Positions 31,256 through 32,000 of a stretch of 32,000 nt of DNA are shown here, piece by piece. Made by a program: the position numbers and the translations under genes. Origin of the DNA: Megasphaera elsdenii DSM 20460 (GTDB taxonomy: Bacteria > Bacillota > Negativicutes > Veillonellales > Megasphaeraceae); NCBI RefSeq assembly GCF_003010495.1, contig NZ_CP027570.1, forward strand, positions 1,410,001 through 1,442,000, read 5' to 3'. The notes beneath the pieces are model-generated. The model ran no database searches. It was not told the DNA's origin and saw only the letters and a program-made list of their open reading frames with translations. The stretch's first letter is position 1. The number at the start of each line of letters is the position of its first letter.

Positions 31256-32000
31256 TGGATCATTTACAAAAACAGAAGTGGCATGACCGGCTGCTGGCCA
31301 TCGTCTGGGCGGCCTGCGGTATCCTGCCATTGCCTTTCGGGGCCTTTGCTTCGGATAAGCCATATATCGCCTCAGCGTCGATTCTGGCCTTTTTTATCTT
31401 GTCCTTTGCTGTTCCCTTGTGGCTGGGGCATCGCCGCCGTCGTGCGGGCAGAGACGATGATTATGCTTCGGCTGGGGCGACCCTCTATGGCGGGGCTGTC
31501 GTCCTGATCATTGCCGTCGGCTTGCTCAACGGTTTGACCGGCTGGGACTGCTGGCATGATTATCCTGTCCGCGTCGGCTTATTCGCCTTGTGGATGCTTT
31601 TGACCATCGGTGCCCAGTACCTGGCTGCCAGGGCCGTCGATTTCTGGCTGCAGCGCCGCCGGAAATACTGGTATTCCCAATTCCTGGACCCTATCATCTA
31701 CAGCCTGCCTCTGCCGTGTGCTATCCTGGGTATGTTCCTCTTTCCGGCTGTCAGTGACTCTTCGGTGACGCAGAGCCTGGTCGTCGGCGTCATGGCCATC
31801 ATGGGTTTCTGCTTCATCGGCATGAGTATCTTCGTCATCGCCACCTTCGCGCTTTATTTCTTCCCGTACAAACGCTATGGTTATAGCCGCAAGGAGCGCC
31901 TGGTCCATATCGTGGCCATCGTCGTCATGGTCCTCATGTGGGCCCTGGTCCAGCATATCCTCTTCGATAGCCAGATCCACGTCTTTACGTACATCTTCAA
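31255..32000 (+). CDS. Polytopic membrane protein, unknown function, 3'-partial (runs off the window)
   Basis: Not in the supplied ORF track because no stop lies in the window. I translated frame 1 by hand from the ATG at 31255 (MDHLQKQKWHDRLLAIVWAACG...) and found it open to 32000. Multiple hydrophobic helices; TAATG overlap with the preceding gene. Confidence 0.6.
   Translation, partial: MDHLQKQKWHDRLLAIVWAACGILPLPFGAFASDKPYIASASILAFFILSFAVPLWLGHRRRRAGRDDDYASAGATLYGGAVVLIIAVGLLNGLTGWDCWHDYPVRVGLFALWMLLTIGAQYLAARAVDFWLQRRRKYWYSQFLDPIIYSLPLPCAILGMFLFPAVSDSSVTQSLVVGVMAIMGFCFIGMSIFVIATFALYFFPYKRYGYSRKERLVHIVAIVVMVLMWALVQHILFDSQIHVFTYIF

Noticed and set aside
30734-31363. 209-aa minus-strand ORF and the 133-aa minus ORF at 31579-31980
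   Set aside because: They are antisense to + strand frames that encode coherent transmembrane helices with an AGGAGG RBS and a coupled TAATG junction. The minus translations are charged low-complexity sequence.

Overview
The window looks like a Bacillota-type chromosomal segment, judged from gene content and synteny; I cannot name the organism from sequence alone. About 80% is ordinary, tightly packed housekeeping DNA on the + strand. This comprises nifJ/PFOR, rpsD, a cobU-cobS-cobC nucleotide-loop cluster, and pepP-efp-asp23-asp23-nusB-(Kae1-like)-xseA-xseB-ispA-tlyA-nadK-mnmM(ytqB)-argR-recN. It continues with dapB-asd-dapA, one tRNA-Arg(ACG), a minus-strand DEAD-box helicase plus lipoprotein pair, and two membrane-protein genes; the second of these runs off the window and is absent from the ORF track. 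The unusual content is intergenic. (1) A DUF559 (Vsr-like PD-(D/E)xK) nuclease gene sits exactly in the spacer slot of a tandem array of 101-nt multi-hairpin repeats with 130-bp periodicity (4181-5125). Half-units of the same family are scattered at four other intergenic sites in two sequence subfamilies that keep the hairpins through compensatory changes. I read this as a REP/RAYT-like repeat-plus-nuclease arrangement built on a different enzyme, and it is my top candidate for something undescribed. (2) A sequence-conserved bidirectional terminator cassette (core ggctgtcgc...gcgacagcc) recurs at least five times behind unrelated genes. (3) Inverted arms built from tandem 7-nt words (ctacaaa, catcaaa and their complements) flank a conserved AT-rich loop (ctttaaatt-aaaacc). 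The arms differ between copies but stay complementary. These modules combine into mosaic intergenic elements at 1-345, 7506-7613, 9014-9309 and 28338-28858. Other accessory items are a decayed solo TnpB (IS200/IS605 OrfB type; no canonical start, frame break), an operon of a small secreted protein plus a membrane-anchored exonuclease-like protein with degenerate catalytic motifs, a very acidic orphan protein, and a 90-nt AT-rich patch inside mnmM that looks like an internal argR promoter. All calls come from reading the sequence and ORF translations by eye; no database search or folding program was run.
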